A stretch of DNA of 60,253 nucleotides, filler included. It is 4 parts of 4 records of this genome, joined end to end, with 100 filler letters (N's around TTAATTAATTAA, not from the genome) between each part and the next. Parts side by side here need not be neighbours in the genome. Positions count along the whole stretch, not along the records: positions 45,617 to 60,253 come from SRR20825006_2519; 3 more parts are not named here. One strand, written 5' to 3'. Under the pieces are notes generated by a model. That model was given only the letters and a program-made list of their open reading frames with translations, made no database searches and was not told where the DNA came from. Position numbers and translations under genes: made by a program. Below are positions 49,943 to 60,069 of the stretch, in pieces (within the stretch, counting starts at the first letter, position 1; every line of letters starts with the position of its first letter).

Positions 49943-50790
49943 TATACTTTATATTTATTAAACATCATTAATGGAAATGTAAATAAATAATACATAATTT
50001 GCTTATATCTAGGTATAACTTCTTTCCATTTTTCATCTTTTTTGAGTGTTACTCTTTTCTGATGCTTTAAGCGGTTCCCTCCTATTATATGAGGAATATC
50101 ATAGATATTGTTAAAAAACGACTCCTTATTTTCTATCTCTACATGCTCATAAATCTGATTTAGTGTTTCCTCTGGATGTTCTATAAAATCTTCATACTTC
50201 ACCTTCATTACATTCTTATCTGTCCAACACACCCATTGTCCTATCAAATTTACCAGACTATAATAAAGAATAGTTGAAAATGGACTACGAGAAGTTTGTA
50301 CTTTTTTCTGAAAAGAATTAATTACACCTCTTACGTCTCTAACCACATATATTCCTTTAACCGAAATTTTAGCACTTCGTTTCAGTAATAAATAGCGAGA
50401 AATGTATTTAGAAGAATCCAAAAGAGTTGTTTTTTTAGTATTATTCTTTATAGCCTCAAAAATAGCTTCATGAATTTCTAAATACTCTTTATTTGGCTTA
50501 CTTCTAAATAGTAAAGAAGGGATATTTCGATGTTGCTCTAGCGCATTAGAAATCTGTTGTTGATTACTGAATGTGTCTTTAGATAATTTTAAATTATTTA
50601 AAACAGCTTTCCAAAAACTACAAGTTTTTAAACTCTCCTCACACGAACAGTTTTTACCCTCTACTATATGGTCTAAAAACTGATGTAATTCCCCCACTGT
50701 TTCAATCTCTGGATGCCCTCCTAAAATAGTAGCCATAATGGTGGTACCACTACGCCCAGCTCCTAATAAATAAACTAACTTCAATTTCAT
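49942..50790 (-). CDS. PAPS-dependent sulfotransferase
   Basis: 5'-PSB loop GAGRSGTT, DSSK, 3'-PB motif VRDVRGVINS, VKYEDF. Confidence 0.9.
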   Translation of the reverse strand: MKLKLVYLLGAGRSGTTIMATILGGHPEIETVGELHQFLDHIVEGKNCSCEESLKTCSFWKAVLNNLKLSKDTFSNQQQISNALEQHRNIPSLLFRSKPNKEYLEIHEAIFEAIKNNTKKTTLLDSSKYISRYLLLKRSAKISVKGIYVVRDVRGVINSFQKKVQTSRSPFSTILYYSLVNLIGQWVCWTDKNVMKVKYEDFIEHPEETLNQIYEHVEIENKESFFNNIYDIPHIIGGNRLKHQKRVTLKKDEKWKEVIPRYKQIMYYLFTFPLMMFNKYKV

Positions 50791-50802
50791 ATTCTTAGTA
50801 GT

Positions 50803-51324
50803 TTATTTAACTTTTCCAGTATTTCTATATTTCAACACTCTAGCAGGCACCCCACCTACAATAGCATAATCGGGTACATCCTTAGTAACAACAGCACCTG
50901 CTGCTACAATTACATGGTTACCTATGTTACAACCTGCTGTAATTACAACATTTGCTCCCAACCAAACATCATTTCCTATAAAAGTTTGATAGTATTTTTT
51001 ACCTTGTTGTTGAATAGGCATATCTAAACTATCGTAATTATGGTTTCGAGAATATACCTTTATATCGGGGCCCATAATTACATTATCACCTATATGAACA
51101 TTGGCTTGAATCATACAACGAGTTCCCAACTCAGAATAATCTCCCAGCGTAGCATTTGGAGAAATCTCTGCACCTTTTTTAACTCTAGGCTTCATTCCAC
51201 ATTGTGTCATATATTTCTTAACTAAAAAACTTCGAATACTAGGAAAAAAAAACGCATACGGACGATAATCCTCAGGTGTGTTTTTGAAAATCAATATGTA
51301 AATTAGAAAAAAAACTTTTCTCAA
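50803..51324 (-). CDS. Hexapeptide-repeat O-acetyltransferase
   Basis: IGNDVWLGANVVI...VAAGAVVTKDVPDYAIVGGVPARVLKYR. Confidence 0.92.
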   Translation of the reverse strand: MRKVFFLIYILIFKNTPEDYRPYAFFFPSIRSFLVKKYMTQCGMKPRVKKGAEISPNATLGDYSELGTRCMIQANVHIGDNVIMGPDIKVYSRNHNYDSLDMPIQQQGKKYYQTFIGNDVWLGANVVITAGCNIGNHVIVAAGAVVTKDVPDYAIVGGVPARVLKYRNTGKVK

Positions 51325-51325
51325 C

Positions 51326-52582
51326 TTATCTTTTTTTATTTGTTAAAATATCCTTATTTATTATAAATATTAAAAACGCAAATATAACAACTAAATTCAC
51401 ACCCATGTTCCTAATCAGAAAATTCTCTGCGATACAGCAACCTGCAACTATTAAGAAAAATAAAAAACCAGTGCTATCCTTATTTTTATTTGTAAGGTAT
51501 AAATTACCAAATAAAAAGAAACATAAAAAACAAAATCCTATAAGACCGAAATCTATGGCATATCCTAAATACTGATTATGAGCATTAAATTTATTTTGCC
51601 CAGAAACTTCCATTCCTAATTGATTGTAAGCACTTGTTAATGTTTCCCGTTCTACGCCTGTTCCATGCCCTATTAAGGGCTTTTCTTTTATCAAATCTAT
51701 TGCCACCAACCATCTTGCCATCCTTGAATCTCCAACTTTTTTTGAATCAATTCCTTTCGTTTCTACGTTATCTGTTAGCTCCCAAATTGTTCCTTTAAAC
51801 ATTTTCGTATATACATATGTATTTTTAACCAGAAAAAATATAATTACCATGCCGCCTAAAACTACCCATAAGTATTTCTTATTCTCTTGAAACCATTTAA
51901 AAGTGAGCTTTACAATAATAAGTATAAGAAGAAAAATAATAACACGTGAATTCAAAATTAAAACCGTACTACTGATAAGCAATGCAATAATTATTTTATA
52001 CAAAAGCTTAAGTTCTATTTTATTCGACCCTAACATACTTAAGAATGTTAAGTAGTATGCTCCAAGGTAAACCGGGTGCATGTCTTTAAGGGAAGCTACA
52101 AAACTTAGGCCTGTATAATTATATCCAAACAGCTTTTTTAAGGTATAATCACTATTTGTAAAGAAATAATGATAGAAATTAATAGCATGGAGATACAACA
52201 TACTTAGGACACAACCTATAAGCAATGCATAAAAAATAACAGAAAACATTTTTTTGGAATCAATATTTTTCTGCAACAAACAGAATGGAATTATACCATA
52301 CAATACGAGTCTTCCTGTTAGTTCAACTCCTTCCTTAATATTAGGTGTATACAACAACCCAATTAGTACAGGAAGAAATAATGCAATAGTAGTTAGTAAA
52401 TAGAAATTTAGTTCTTTTAAAATATACCATCTACACCCATTTATAAAAACATTTACTAGGCTAGCCACAATAAATAAAATCAACCCAAAATTACTTAAAG
52501 ATGTTTTAAGTGGTAAAAATAATACTGCTACAGCAATGGCATATAGTGAGATTTTTGGTATTATTAATTTTATTTTATCCAT
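51326..52582 (-). CDS. O-antigen ligase family (Wzy_C/WaaL-like) protein; start probably ATG 52582
   Basis: HPVYLG, SRMARW...PLIGHGTG...FNAHNQYL. Confidence 0.85.
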   Translation of the reverse strand: MDKIKLIIPKISLYAIAVAVLFLPLKTSLSNFGLILFIVASLVNVFINGCRWYILKELNFYLLTTIALFLPVLIGLLYTPNIKEGVELTGRLVLYGIIPFCLLQKNIDSKKMFSVIFYALLIGCVLSMLYLHAINFYHYFFTNSDYTLKKLFGYNYTGLSFVASLKDMHPVYLGAYYLTFLSMLGSNKIELKLLYKIIIALLISSTVLILNSRVIIFLLILIIVKLTFKWFQENKKYLWVVLGGMVIIFFLVKNTYVYTKMFKGTIWELTDNVETKGIDSKKVGDSRMARWLVAIDLIKEKPLIGHGTGVERETLTSAYNQLGMEVSGQNKFNAHNQYLGYAIDFGLIGFCFLCFFLFGNLYLTNKNKDSTGFLFFLIVAGCCIAENFLIRNMGVNLVVIFAFLIFIINKDILTNKKR

Positions 52583-53822
52583 TGGCTTTAACAAATTCAG
52601 TTTTATAATACATTAATGCTATACAAAAACCTATAAAATAACCTGCTATACCAGAACCGTATATGTGCCCAGAAAGATTTGAAATTATAGTTATAAAAAA
52701 TATAAAAACAAACGTAGCTTTTGCATAATTTCTACCTAATCTCATTAATTTATAAGAAATAAACAACCAATACAAAACTAACAATATGAGACATGACAAT
52801 CCTAAAATTCCTGAAGCAAATAAAAGTGAAAAGAAATCAACCTCTGCTAAATGCCCTGACAATTGAAGGTGATAACTTTGCCCTAAACCAAAAAACTTTT
52901 CTATCCAATTGTATTCTTCTACAAAAACTTCCCACCCATTTTTTATAAAATTATTTCTATTCGATAAAATAACTGTCAATATTTCATTATTATTTCTTTG
53001 CATTGAGTGTGTAATTTTATCCACAACACCCATTTTAGTTATCCCTAAATAAAAAATATAACAAAGAACTGGGATTCCTATAAAAATAAAAAGGATAAAA
53101 TAATCGATCCATTTTTTCTTTATTCTAAATTTAAGCTGAGAAATCGGTGGTATGGCGAATATTATTAAAACTCCTCCCAAAACGGTTTTTGACGTCATCA
53201 AAAAAGCATAGAAAAGTGTTAGTCCAAAAAGTAAAAAGAACTTTTTATAGTCTTTATTTAAATAATAATTCAAAGCTATTGGAAAAGTAATTGCCAATAA
53301 TAAAATTGTTAATTCATTTCCTGCATATATGTACCCCCTTGTCCCTATAGCATTACTATAACCATGATTATAATAAGCCATTCCAAAACCACACATTCCT
53401 ATCAGCATATTTATAGATAAAAATTTAAAAGATTTTATAATGAACTTATTCACTCTATTTATCATTAAATAGTCTGTATTGTACGTTTTTAAAACAGTTT
53501 TAAAATAAAAAAAACTTAAAGGCACATTAAACCATTTGGTTGCCACGACCATATCGTTATTAAAGTTTGTAAAACTCCCTGTTTTAAGCAATCCAAAAAT
53601 AGCACCAATTTGAAAAGCAAAAAACAAAACCAACACTACACTAAAATATTTGGTCGTAGAGAGTCTTAAAAAAAATAATATCAGAATAAGTAGTTTAAAA
53701 AACTGGCTAATAAGTATTTTGGAGAATTCCATCATAAAAAAGCCATTAATCATATCGATTAACACTACATAACTTAAAAGAATAAGTATAAATTTATCGA
53801 GATTCTTTATTGATACTACCAC
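52575..53822 (-). CDS. Probable Wzy polymerase / O-antigen ligase-like membrane protein
   Basis: Very hydrophobic; GYIYAGNE, LSNRN, AEVDFF..GILG, LSGH; located inside the polysaccharide locus. Confidence 0.7.
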   Translation of the reverse strand: MVVSIKNLDKFILILLSYVVLIDMINGFFMMEFSKILISQFFKLLILILFFLRLSTTKYFSVVLVLFFAFQIGAIFGLLKTGSFTNFNNDMVVATKWFNVPLSFFYFKTVLKTYNTDYLMINRVNKFIIKSFKFLSINMLIGMCGFGMAYYNHGYSNAIGTRGYIYAGNELTILLLAITFPIALNYYLNKDYKKFFLLFGLTLFYAFLMTSKTVLGGVLIIFAIPPISQLKFRIKKKWIDYFILFIFIGIPVLCYIFYLGITKMGVVDKITHSMQRNNNEILTVILSNRNNFIKNGWEVFVEEYNWIEKFFGLGQSYHLQLSGHLAEVDFFSLLFASGILGLSCLILLVLYWLFISYKLMRLGRNYAKATFVFIFFITIISNLSGHIYGSGIAGYFIGFCIALMYYKTEFVKANG

Positions 53823-53839
53823 ACATTAAATTTAATAGA

Positions 53840-53888
53840 CAAAACTAACAATTTCTAGCATTTAATGTAATAGATATTCCTATTTTTG
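53840..53888. promoter_or_regulatory. Back-to-back Bacteroidota -7 elements
   Basis: TAGTTTTG on the minus strand (53840-53847) and TATTTTTG on the plus strand (53881-53888) between divergent genes. Confidence 0.55.
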
Positions 53889-53905
53889 ACATGTAAAAAT
53901 TCAAT

Positions 53906-55000
53906 ATGAAAATATTTTTGATTTCAAACATGTATCCTTCTAAAACAGACCCATTATTTGGAGTATTTGTAAAAAATTTTAAAGAAGGATTAGAAACTAT
54001 TGGTGTTAATTTCTCTCAAGAAGCATTAATAAAAGGGAAGAGCACTTCCTCTATAAAAAAAGGAATTAAATACATTCTACATTATTTTAAAATTCTATTC
54101 GGGTTTATTAAATCGAATTACGACTTAATATATGTGCACTATTTAACCCATCACCTACCAATCTTATTTATCCTTCTACCTTTTAAAAGAAAAAAATGGG
54201 TGATTAATGTTCATGGGAGTGATATTATTGGCATAACTCCTAATGGGAAAATAGATGCTTTAGCCACTAAACTTTTAAGCGCAGTTGATTTATTAGTAGT
54301 TCCAACTAGTTATTTTAGAGATTTAATTATAACAAAATACCCTTTTCTAACAGCTGATAAGTTTTATATTTCACCATCGGGTGGTATTGATGCAAATATA
54401 TTTTATGTAAAGAAAAACAAGCAACCTAACACTATTTTAACCCTAGGTTTTATATCTCGATTTATAGAAGAAAAAGGTTGGAAAACTTTTTTAGAGGCAC
54501 TTCTATTATTAAAACAAAACAACATCCCATTTAAGGCTATTATAGCAGGAAAAGGTCCAGACCAAGATAAAATCCTTGAATACATAAAAGAATACAATCT
54601 GTCTAATGAAATCGAATTTCTAGGCCTGGTTAAACAGAATCAGCTAGTAGATATCTATAATTCTTTGGATTTATATATCTTCCCTTCATATAGAGAAGCT
54701 GAAAGCTTAGGGCTCACAGGATTAGAAGCAATGAGTTGCGGAACACCTGTTATTGCTTGTAATACGGCAGGCCCTTCAACATACGTAACTCACAAAGTAA
54801 ATGGTTATCTGTTTGAACCTAAAAACTCTATAGAGTTAAGCCAGTATATTACTAAATACTACGATCTTTCAATAAAAGAGAGGAGCATAATAATTAAGAA
54901 CGCTATTAAAACTAGTTTCTTTTATAAAAGTCAAACAGTTAATGAAAGGCTTTATATTAAATTAAAAGAATTCATAAAAACCTCTCTTAAAACATTTTAG
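53906..55000 (+). CDS. Glycosyltransferase family 4
   Basis: SNMYPS, HGSD, KGWK, ESLGLTGLEAMSCGTPVI (Ex7E). Confidence 0.92.
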   Translation: MKIFLISNMYPSKTDPLFGVFVKNFKEGLETIGVNFSQEALIKGKSTSSIKKGIKYILHYFKILFGFIKSNYDLIYVHYLTHHLPILFILLPFKRKKWVINVHGSDIIGITPNGKIDALATKLLSAVDLLVVPTSYFRDLIITKYPFLTADKFYISPSGGIDANIFYVKKNKQPNTILTLGFISRFIEEKGWKTFLEALLLLKQNNIPFKAIIAGKGPDQDKILEYIKEYNLSNEIEFLGLVKQNQLVDIYNSLDLYIFPSYREAESLGLTGLEAMSCGTPVIACNTAGPSTYVTHKVNGYLFEPKNSIELSQYITKYYDLSIKERSIIIKNAIKTSFFYKSQTVNERLYIKLKEFIKTSLKTF

Positions 55001-56124
55001 CCTTCATCTGATTTTCTGATCGCAATTTTTAAATAATCCATTGATTTTTCACGATAATGCTGCAGTTTTTTTCTGACATTAGTAAAGTCCATTTCAGATG
55101 AAATGTTTTTAAAATCATCTTCACTACGCACAAGCACATCTTTCTCTTTAATCTGAAGAAGCGCTAGTAAGTTTTCTTGCCTGTTACCTACCTTATTTGA
55201 AGACACAGCAACAAATGGCTTTTCAAAATTAATCGCATAACATAATCCATGAAAAGAATCCGATATTACAAAAGAAGCATTAGCATATAACTGAATAAAC
55301 TCTCTTGGACCAGCATTATTAACGTGATTGTCGACCTTAGTCAAAGGCATTAACATTTTATCTATACTAATAACTTTATAGTTTAATTTTTTTGAAAAAT
55401 AATCAACAGCTTTTCTTATCAATTCAGTACGAGGTACAGAATACACTAATATATATTTTTCTTTTGGTACTTCTAAATTATTTAATTTTAATTTATGCAA
55501 CCAATCGTTTTTAGATAACAGTAAAGTAGGGTCTAACACAACTTCAATTTCTCTTTCTGGTAAGATTTCAGCTAGCTTTTGCCTCCCATCCTTTTCTCTT
55601 ACTGATATATGAGAAAAATCTTTTAACAACTTCATCACCTCAATTTTTTCAATTTTAGTAAAACTATGATGACCTATACTTGAAGCATAAGATATTTTCT
55701 TTGAACCTAAAGGAGCAAACGAGAGAAAATATACTGGATCTATAGATTTAGACTCACTAACGATTGAAGGATTCCATATTTGATCGCTTCCAGAAACAAA
55801 TACATCGTAATTAAATGTAACATCATTAAAGTTATCATTATCCTCAATAAGTTTAGACAAACTCAATGTTGCTTTTATAAAACTCTTAAACCTAGAAATC
55901 ATTTTATAACGTGCAAAAATATTTAACGTGTCATGAATTACCCACTTAAGTCCTCTTATAGACATCTCAAACCTAACTAAATCCATATGACTAGAAAGGT
56001 GCTTTTTCTGATAATTAATAACAGTCACTTCTCCATAAGATGACAATACTTCATTAGTTGCATATGCTTGTAAAATCGCTCCGTAATTTGTTACGTTATG
56101 GATGGTAATAAGTGCTATTTTCAT
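54997..56124 (-). CDS. Polysaccharide pyruvyl transferase family protein
   Basis: NYGAILQAYA, GSDQIWNP, SYASS, SVRE, DPTLL, DSFHG. Confidence 0.92.
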   Translation of the reverse strand: MKIALITIHNVTNYGAILQAYATNEVLSSYGEVTVINYQKKHLSSHMDLVRFEMSIRGLKWVIHDTLNIFARYKMISRFKSFIKATLSLSKLIEDNDNFNDVTFNYDVFVSGSDQIWNPSIVSESKSIDPVYFLSFAPLGSKKISYASSIGHHSFTKIEKIEVMKLLKDFSHISVREKDGRQKLAEILPEREIEVVLDPTLLLSKNDWLHKLKLNNLEVPKEKYILVYSVPRTELIRKAVDYFSKKLNYKVISIDKMLMPLTKVDNHVNNAGPREFIQLYANASFVISDSFHGLCYAINFEKPFVAVSSNKVGNRQENLLALLQIKEKDVLVRSEDDFKNISSEMDFTNVRKKLQHYREKSMDYLKIAIRKSDEG

Positions 56125-57149
56125 TTCCTTAATTCTAATTTACTTAATACTTCATTTATTGGTCTTCTAGCAGAACTACAAACCATATTATCTATATCTG
56201 GATACCCTATCGCCAACATCATTATAATTGTATGATTAGAAGCTATATTTAATTCTGCTCTTAGTTTTTTATCGTTCTTTGGAGTTTGACTCCAGTTTAA
56301 CGGACAAGACGACACACCCAACGAATGAAGTGCATACATAACAGACATAGAAATCAACCCTCCATCGATCCAATGCTGATAATGCTCTGCTCCAGCAAAA
56401 AAAGCTTTTAAATCTGTAGTGATTATCAATAAACTTTGAACTTTTTTCCCAAAAGGTCTATTTCCATTCTGATGTAATAAAGCTTTTTGAACAACATCAA
56501 AATCAGAACTATAATATATTTTCCATGGATGCCTATTACACACTGAAGGAGTCTTCATTGCCAGTTTTATAGCACGTTGCACTACCTCATCATTAACTTT
56601 TTCATCACTAAATTCGCGCAAAGAATATCTTGAAAAGAAGAAATCTTCAGGGTCATTTAATTTTCCTTTTTCAAAATTAATTTTCGGAAAATTAATAGCT
56701 CCATGATTTGTGTCTTTGGTATCAAAGTTCATTAAAGAAATTCCTTCAATCATCTCTTTTGCTCTTTTCTTTTCACTATTTACAGGAAGTGAAAGAAACT
56801 TTTGTAACACCTTTTTACCAGCCCTATCATGAAACCCTATGTTTCCAGTTTTATTTGCTATCATCAATCTATAGAAAACTCGCTCAGCGTTACTCCAGCC
56901 CGAATTAGGGTTCCTTTCTTTATAACTTAAGCTTTTTTCCAATCCGTGGTAAGCCATCATTAAACTATAATTTCTTGCCTCAACATCTTTCAAATTCTCT
57001 TTCCACCCTCCATAAAACAAAAATCGTTTAAAATCATAAGAGAACCCTTTTAGCGTATTATATATTCGGTATAACCCTCGTAAAAAAGTTCTAACTTTTT
57101 TTAAAATTGTATTCACTACTACCTTTTTTAAAGACCCTTTTCTGGGCAT
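56121..57149 (-). CDS. Nitroreductase family protein (start uncertain)
   Basis: HGLEKSLS, SRYSLREF, TPSVCNRHPW, IDGG, LHSLGVSSCPLNW, AIGYP. Confidence 0.88.
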   Translation of the reverse strand: MPRKGSLKKVVVNTILKKVRTFLRGLYRIYNTLKGFSYDFKRFLFYGGWKENLKDVEARNYSLMMAYHGLEKSLSYKERNPNSGWSNAERVFYRLMIANKTGNIGFHDRAGKKVLQKFLSLPVNSEKKRAKEMIEGISLMNFDTKDTNHGAINFPKINFEKGKLNDPEDFFFSRYSLREFSDEKVNDEVVQRAIKLAMKTPSVCNRHPWKIYYSSDFDVVQKALLHQNGNRPFGKKVQSLLIITTDLKAFFAGAEHYQHWIDGGLISMSVMYALHSLGVSSCPLNWSQTPKNDKKLRAELNIASNHTIIMMLAIGYPDIDNMVCSSARRPINEVLSKLELRK

Positions 57150-58392
57150 TATAATAATATAAAATTAACAATAACATATTAGACACAACTGTTGAAATTG
57201 CCGCCCCTATAGCTCCATACTTTGGTATTATAAATAAATTACAAACTATATTGAATAAAGCTACACTTCCCATTAATTTCACCTTTAACTTCATATGTTC
57301 GTTTGTTACCAATGTGGCTCCTATACTATATGACAAGAAAGAAATAGGCAAAGATATGGATAGTATTTTAAATAAATTTACTGCGGGCAAATATTCCTCT
57401 CCAAAAATCAAAGGAATAAAAAAAGGTGATAACAAAAAAATAATTAACATACAACAGCTACCTGTAACAATCATTATTAAATTACCCTTTTTATATGTTC
57501 TATATAGCTTACCTCTATCTTTATTTGCCCATCTATGATATTTTGGAAGTAAAAATTTACTAAATAATATAGTTGGTATTAACAACAAAGCAGAAAGAAC
57601 AACAAATGAAATATTATAATATCCAGCAGCCTCATTCCCCATCATATATTTTACCATTATAATATCACTCTGCATGTATATAAAAGCAAATAAAGTAGCT
57701 GCTCCAAATGGCCATGCTTCATATAATACCTTTTTAAGTGACAATGATTGTAAAGTTTTGTCTTTTTTTTGTTCACTATGTCCTTTAAGTAAAAAATTGC
57801 CTTGTAACATTAATATAAGCTCTTTTGAAGCTAATATTACAAAGACTAGCCCAATTACACCATACACAACACCTACACCCTTCTCTTTAAGTGAAAGATC
57901 GAATACGTAAAAAATTAACACCACTATAAGTAGCCTTAATAAATTAGGAGTTAATTGCCATAAGGCTAAAACCCCATATCGTTCTTCTAACTGTAATTTT
58001 GAAGACACTAATTGTACAGATACATTCCCTAATATAAAAAGAAATAATATTAGCAATAAAAACTTTGTACTGCCATCATTAGGAATAAAAAAAACTAGAA
58101 TAAGAATTGAAATTAAAATTAAAACAAAAGATAGTAACACAAATTTAATAGATGGTCGTATCCACCTAATCGCTTCCCAGCCCTCTTTTCCAAAAACCTT
58201 CAGCCACAACTGAGGCACTCCAAACCCTCCTATCAATAGAAACATCTTCATTATAGCCATAGAAGATGAAAACACACCAAATGACTCAGGCCCAATCTCT
58301 CGAGCTAAAATTGTATAAATCAAAAAAGCACTTCCGCTGCTTACAAATGAACCTACAGAAAGTAATGAAAGAGATTTAATTGATTTTATCAT
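57091..58392 (-). CDS. wzx: Wzx flippase
   Basis: LAREIGPESFG, YMQSDIIM...AGYY, IPKYGAIGAAISTVVS; about 12 TM. Confidence 0.88.
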   Translation of the reverse strand: MIKSIKSLSLLSVGSFVSSGSAFLIYTILAREIGPESFGVFSSSMAIMKMFLLIGGFGVPQLWLKVFGKEGWEAIRWIRPSIKFVLLSFVLILISILILVFFIPNDGSTKFLLLILFLFILGNVSVQLVSSKLQLEERYGVLALWQLTPNLLRLLIVVLIFYVFDLSLKEKGVGVVYGVIGLVFVILASKELILMLQGNFLLKGHSEQKKDKTLQSLSLKKVLYEAWPFGAATLFAFIYMQSDIIMVKYMMGNEAAGYYNISFVVLSALLLIPTILFSKFLLPKYHRWANKDRGKLYRTYKKGNLIMIVTGSCCMLIIFLLSPFFIPLIFGEEYLPAVNLFKILSISLPISFLSYSIGATLVTNEHMKLKVKLMGSVALFNIVCNLFIIPKYGAIGAAISTVVSNMLLLILYYYNAQKRVFKKGSSEYNFKKS

Positions 58393-58757
58393 AAATATTT
58401 TTAGTTAATAAAATGAAGAAACTTTACATTATAACTTATATTGTCAATCTATCTTAAGTAAAGGTATATCTACAAGAAAACATCTCATTTAGGCCCAAAA
58501 TACAATTTAAACTTCTTCAGTTCGGATAAATCAGTATTAAACTGATATACAGCATAGCTAGTATTTGTATAACTATACGACCCTTTCTTTTAAGCATTGT
58601 ACACTTCAACCCATCCACAAAACACATAACTAGCAACTAATAACAGGATATTTCTTGCCGTTTTGTTATTTACTGTAAGCCAATATAAAACAAAAACTAC
58701 GAGGAAAAAAGATTGCAGAATCTAAAGAATTAAAAAACATGTAATACTATAAATAGA

Positions 58758-60011
58758 TTAAACAATCATCCCAGCAGCTACTGTTTCATTGGTTGCATCA
58801 TCTACTAAAATAATACTTCCTGTAGTGCGGTTATCTCTGTATGAGTCCACCATTAAAGGTTTAGTAGTCCGTAATTTTACTTTACAAATATCATTCATGT
58901 TCAATTCAGTATCGCCAGTAATACGCTCTAAGGTATTTATATCATATTTATATATAACTTCCTTAATCATGGCTGTTTGCTCATTAGAAGTATGACGAAT
59001 TGAATATTTAGCTCTAGGCTTAGCTGGGCTATTATTTAACCAACACAACATGACTTCAATATCTTGTGAAGCATCTGGTTTATTATTCGATTTAACAATC
59101 ATATCTCCACGGCTAATGTCGATGTCATCCTCTAAAGTTATAGAAACAGACATTGGCGCATAGGCTTCTTCAAGTTCCTGATCGTTCAAATTTATACTTT
59201 TAACTTTAGAAGTAAAACCAGATGGCATAACAGTAATATCGTCTCCTACTCTAAAAATACCTCCTGCTACTCGACCTGCATAACCTCTATAGTCTATAAA
59301 GCCTTCGCGTTGTGGACGTAAAACTGTTTGCACTGGAAAACGTGCATCTATTTTATTAATATCGCTACTTATATGCATGGTTTCAAGCGTGTGAAGCATA
59401 GGAGCTCCTTGATACCATGACATATTCTCTGATTTATTAACTACATTGTCTCCTAACAAAGCCGACATAGGAATGAAGCGTACATCTGTAACTAAGAACT
59501 TAGATGCCATTTCTTCAAACTCGGCTACGATTTTATTAAATACTTCTTCTGAAAAATCTACTAAATCCATTTTATTTACACATACTATAATATGTGGGAT
59601 TTGCAGTAAAGAAGCTATAAAAGCATGTCTTTTTGTTTGCTCGATTACTCCATGTCTAGCATCAATTAAAATAGTAGCTACATTGGCTGTTGATGCTCCT
59701 GTAACCATATTTCGTGTATATTGAATATGTCCTGGAGTATCGGCAATAATAAATTTACGTTTAGGCGTTGTAAAATACCTATAAGCAACATCAATGGTAA
59801 TACCTTGCTCTCTTTCATCTTTTAATCCATCGGTAAATAAAGCAAGATCCACCCCATCATGGCCTTTTTTCTTACTTGTATTTTCGATTGCCTCTAGCTG
59901 ATCTTCAAATATTGATTTAGAATCGTATAAAAGACGTCCTATTAAAGTGCTCTTTCCGTCATCTACACTTCCTGCTGTTGTAAAACGTAATAATTGATTA
60001 TTATCTAACAT
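58758..60011 (-). CDS. cysN: Sulfate adenylyltransferase subunit 1 (no fused APS kinase)
   Basis: AGSVDDGKSTLIGRLLYDSK, EREQGITIDVAYRYF, DTPGH, NKMD. Confidence 0.97.
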   Translation of the reverse strand: MLDNNQLLRFTTAGSVDDGKSTLIGRLLYDSKSIFEDQLEAIENTSKKKGHDGVDLALFTDGLKDEREQGITIDVAYRYFTTPKRKFIIADTPGHIQYTRNMVTGASTANVATILIDARHGVIEQTKRHAFIASLLQIPHIIVCVNKMDLVDFSEEVFNKIVAEFEEMASKFLVTDVRFIPMSALLGDNVVNKSENMSWYQGAPMLHTLETMHISSDINKIDARFPVQTVLRPQREGFIDYRGYAGRVAGGIFRVGDDITVMPSGFTSKVKSINLNDQELEEAYAPMSVSITLEDDIDISRGDMIVKSNNKPDASQDIEVMLCWLNNSPAKPRAKYSIRHTSNEQTAMIKEVIYKYDINTLERITGDTELNMNDICKVKLRTTKPLMVDSYRDNRTTGSIILVDDATNETVAAGMIV

Positions 60012-60069
60012 GGTATATTTTTATGATATTCTGAATAAGATTCAGTTTAAAATTTAATTAGTAAGTTGA

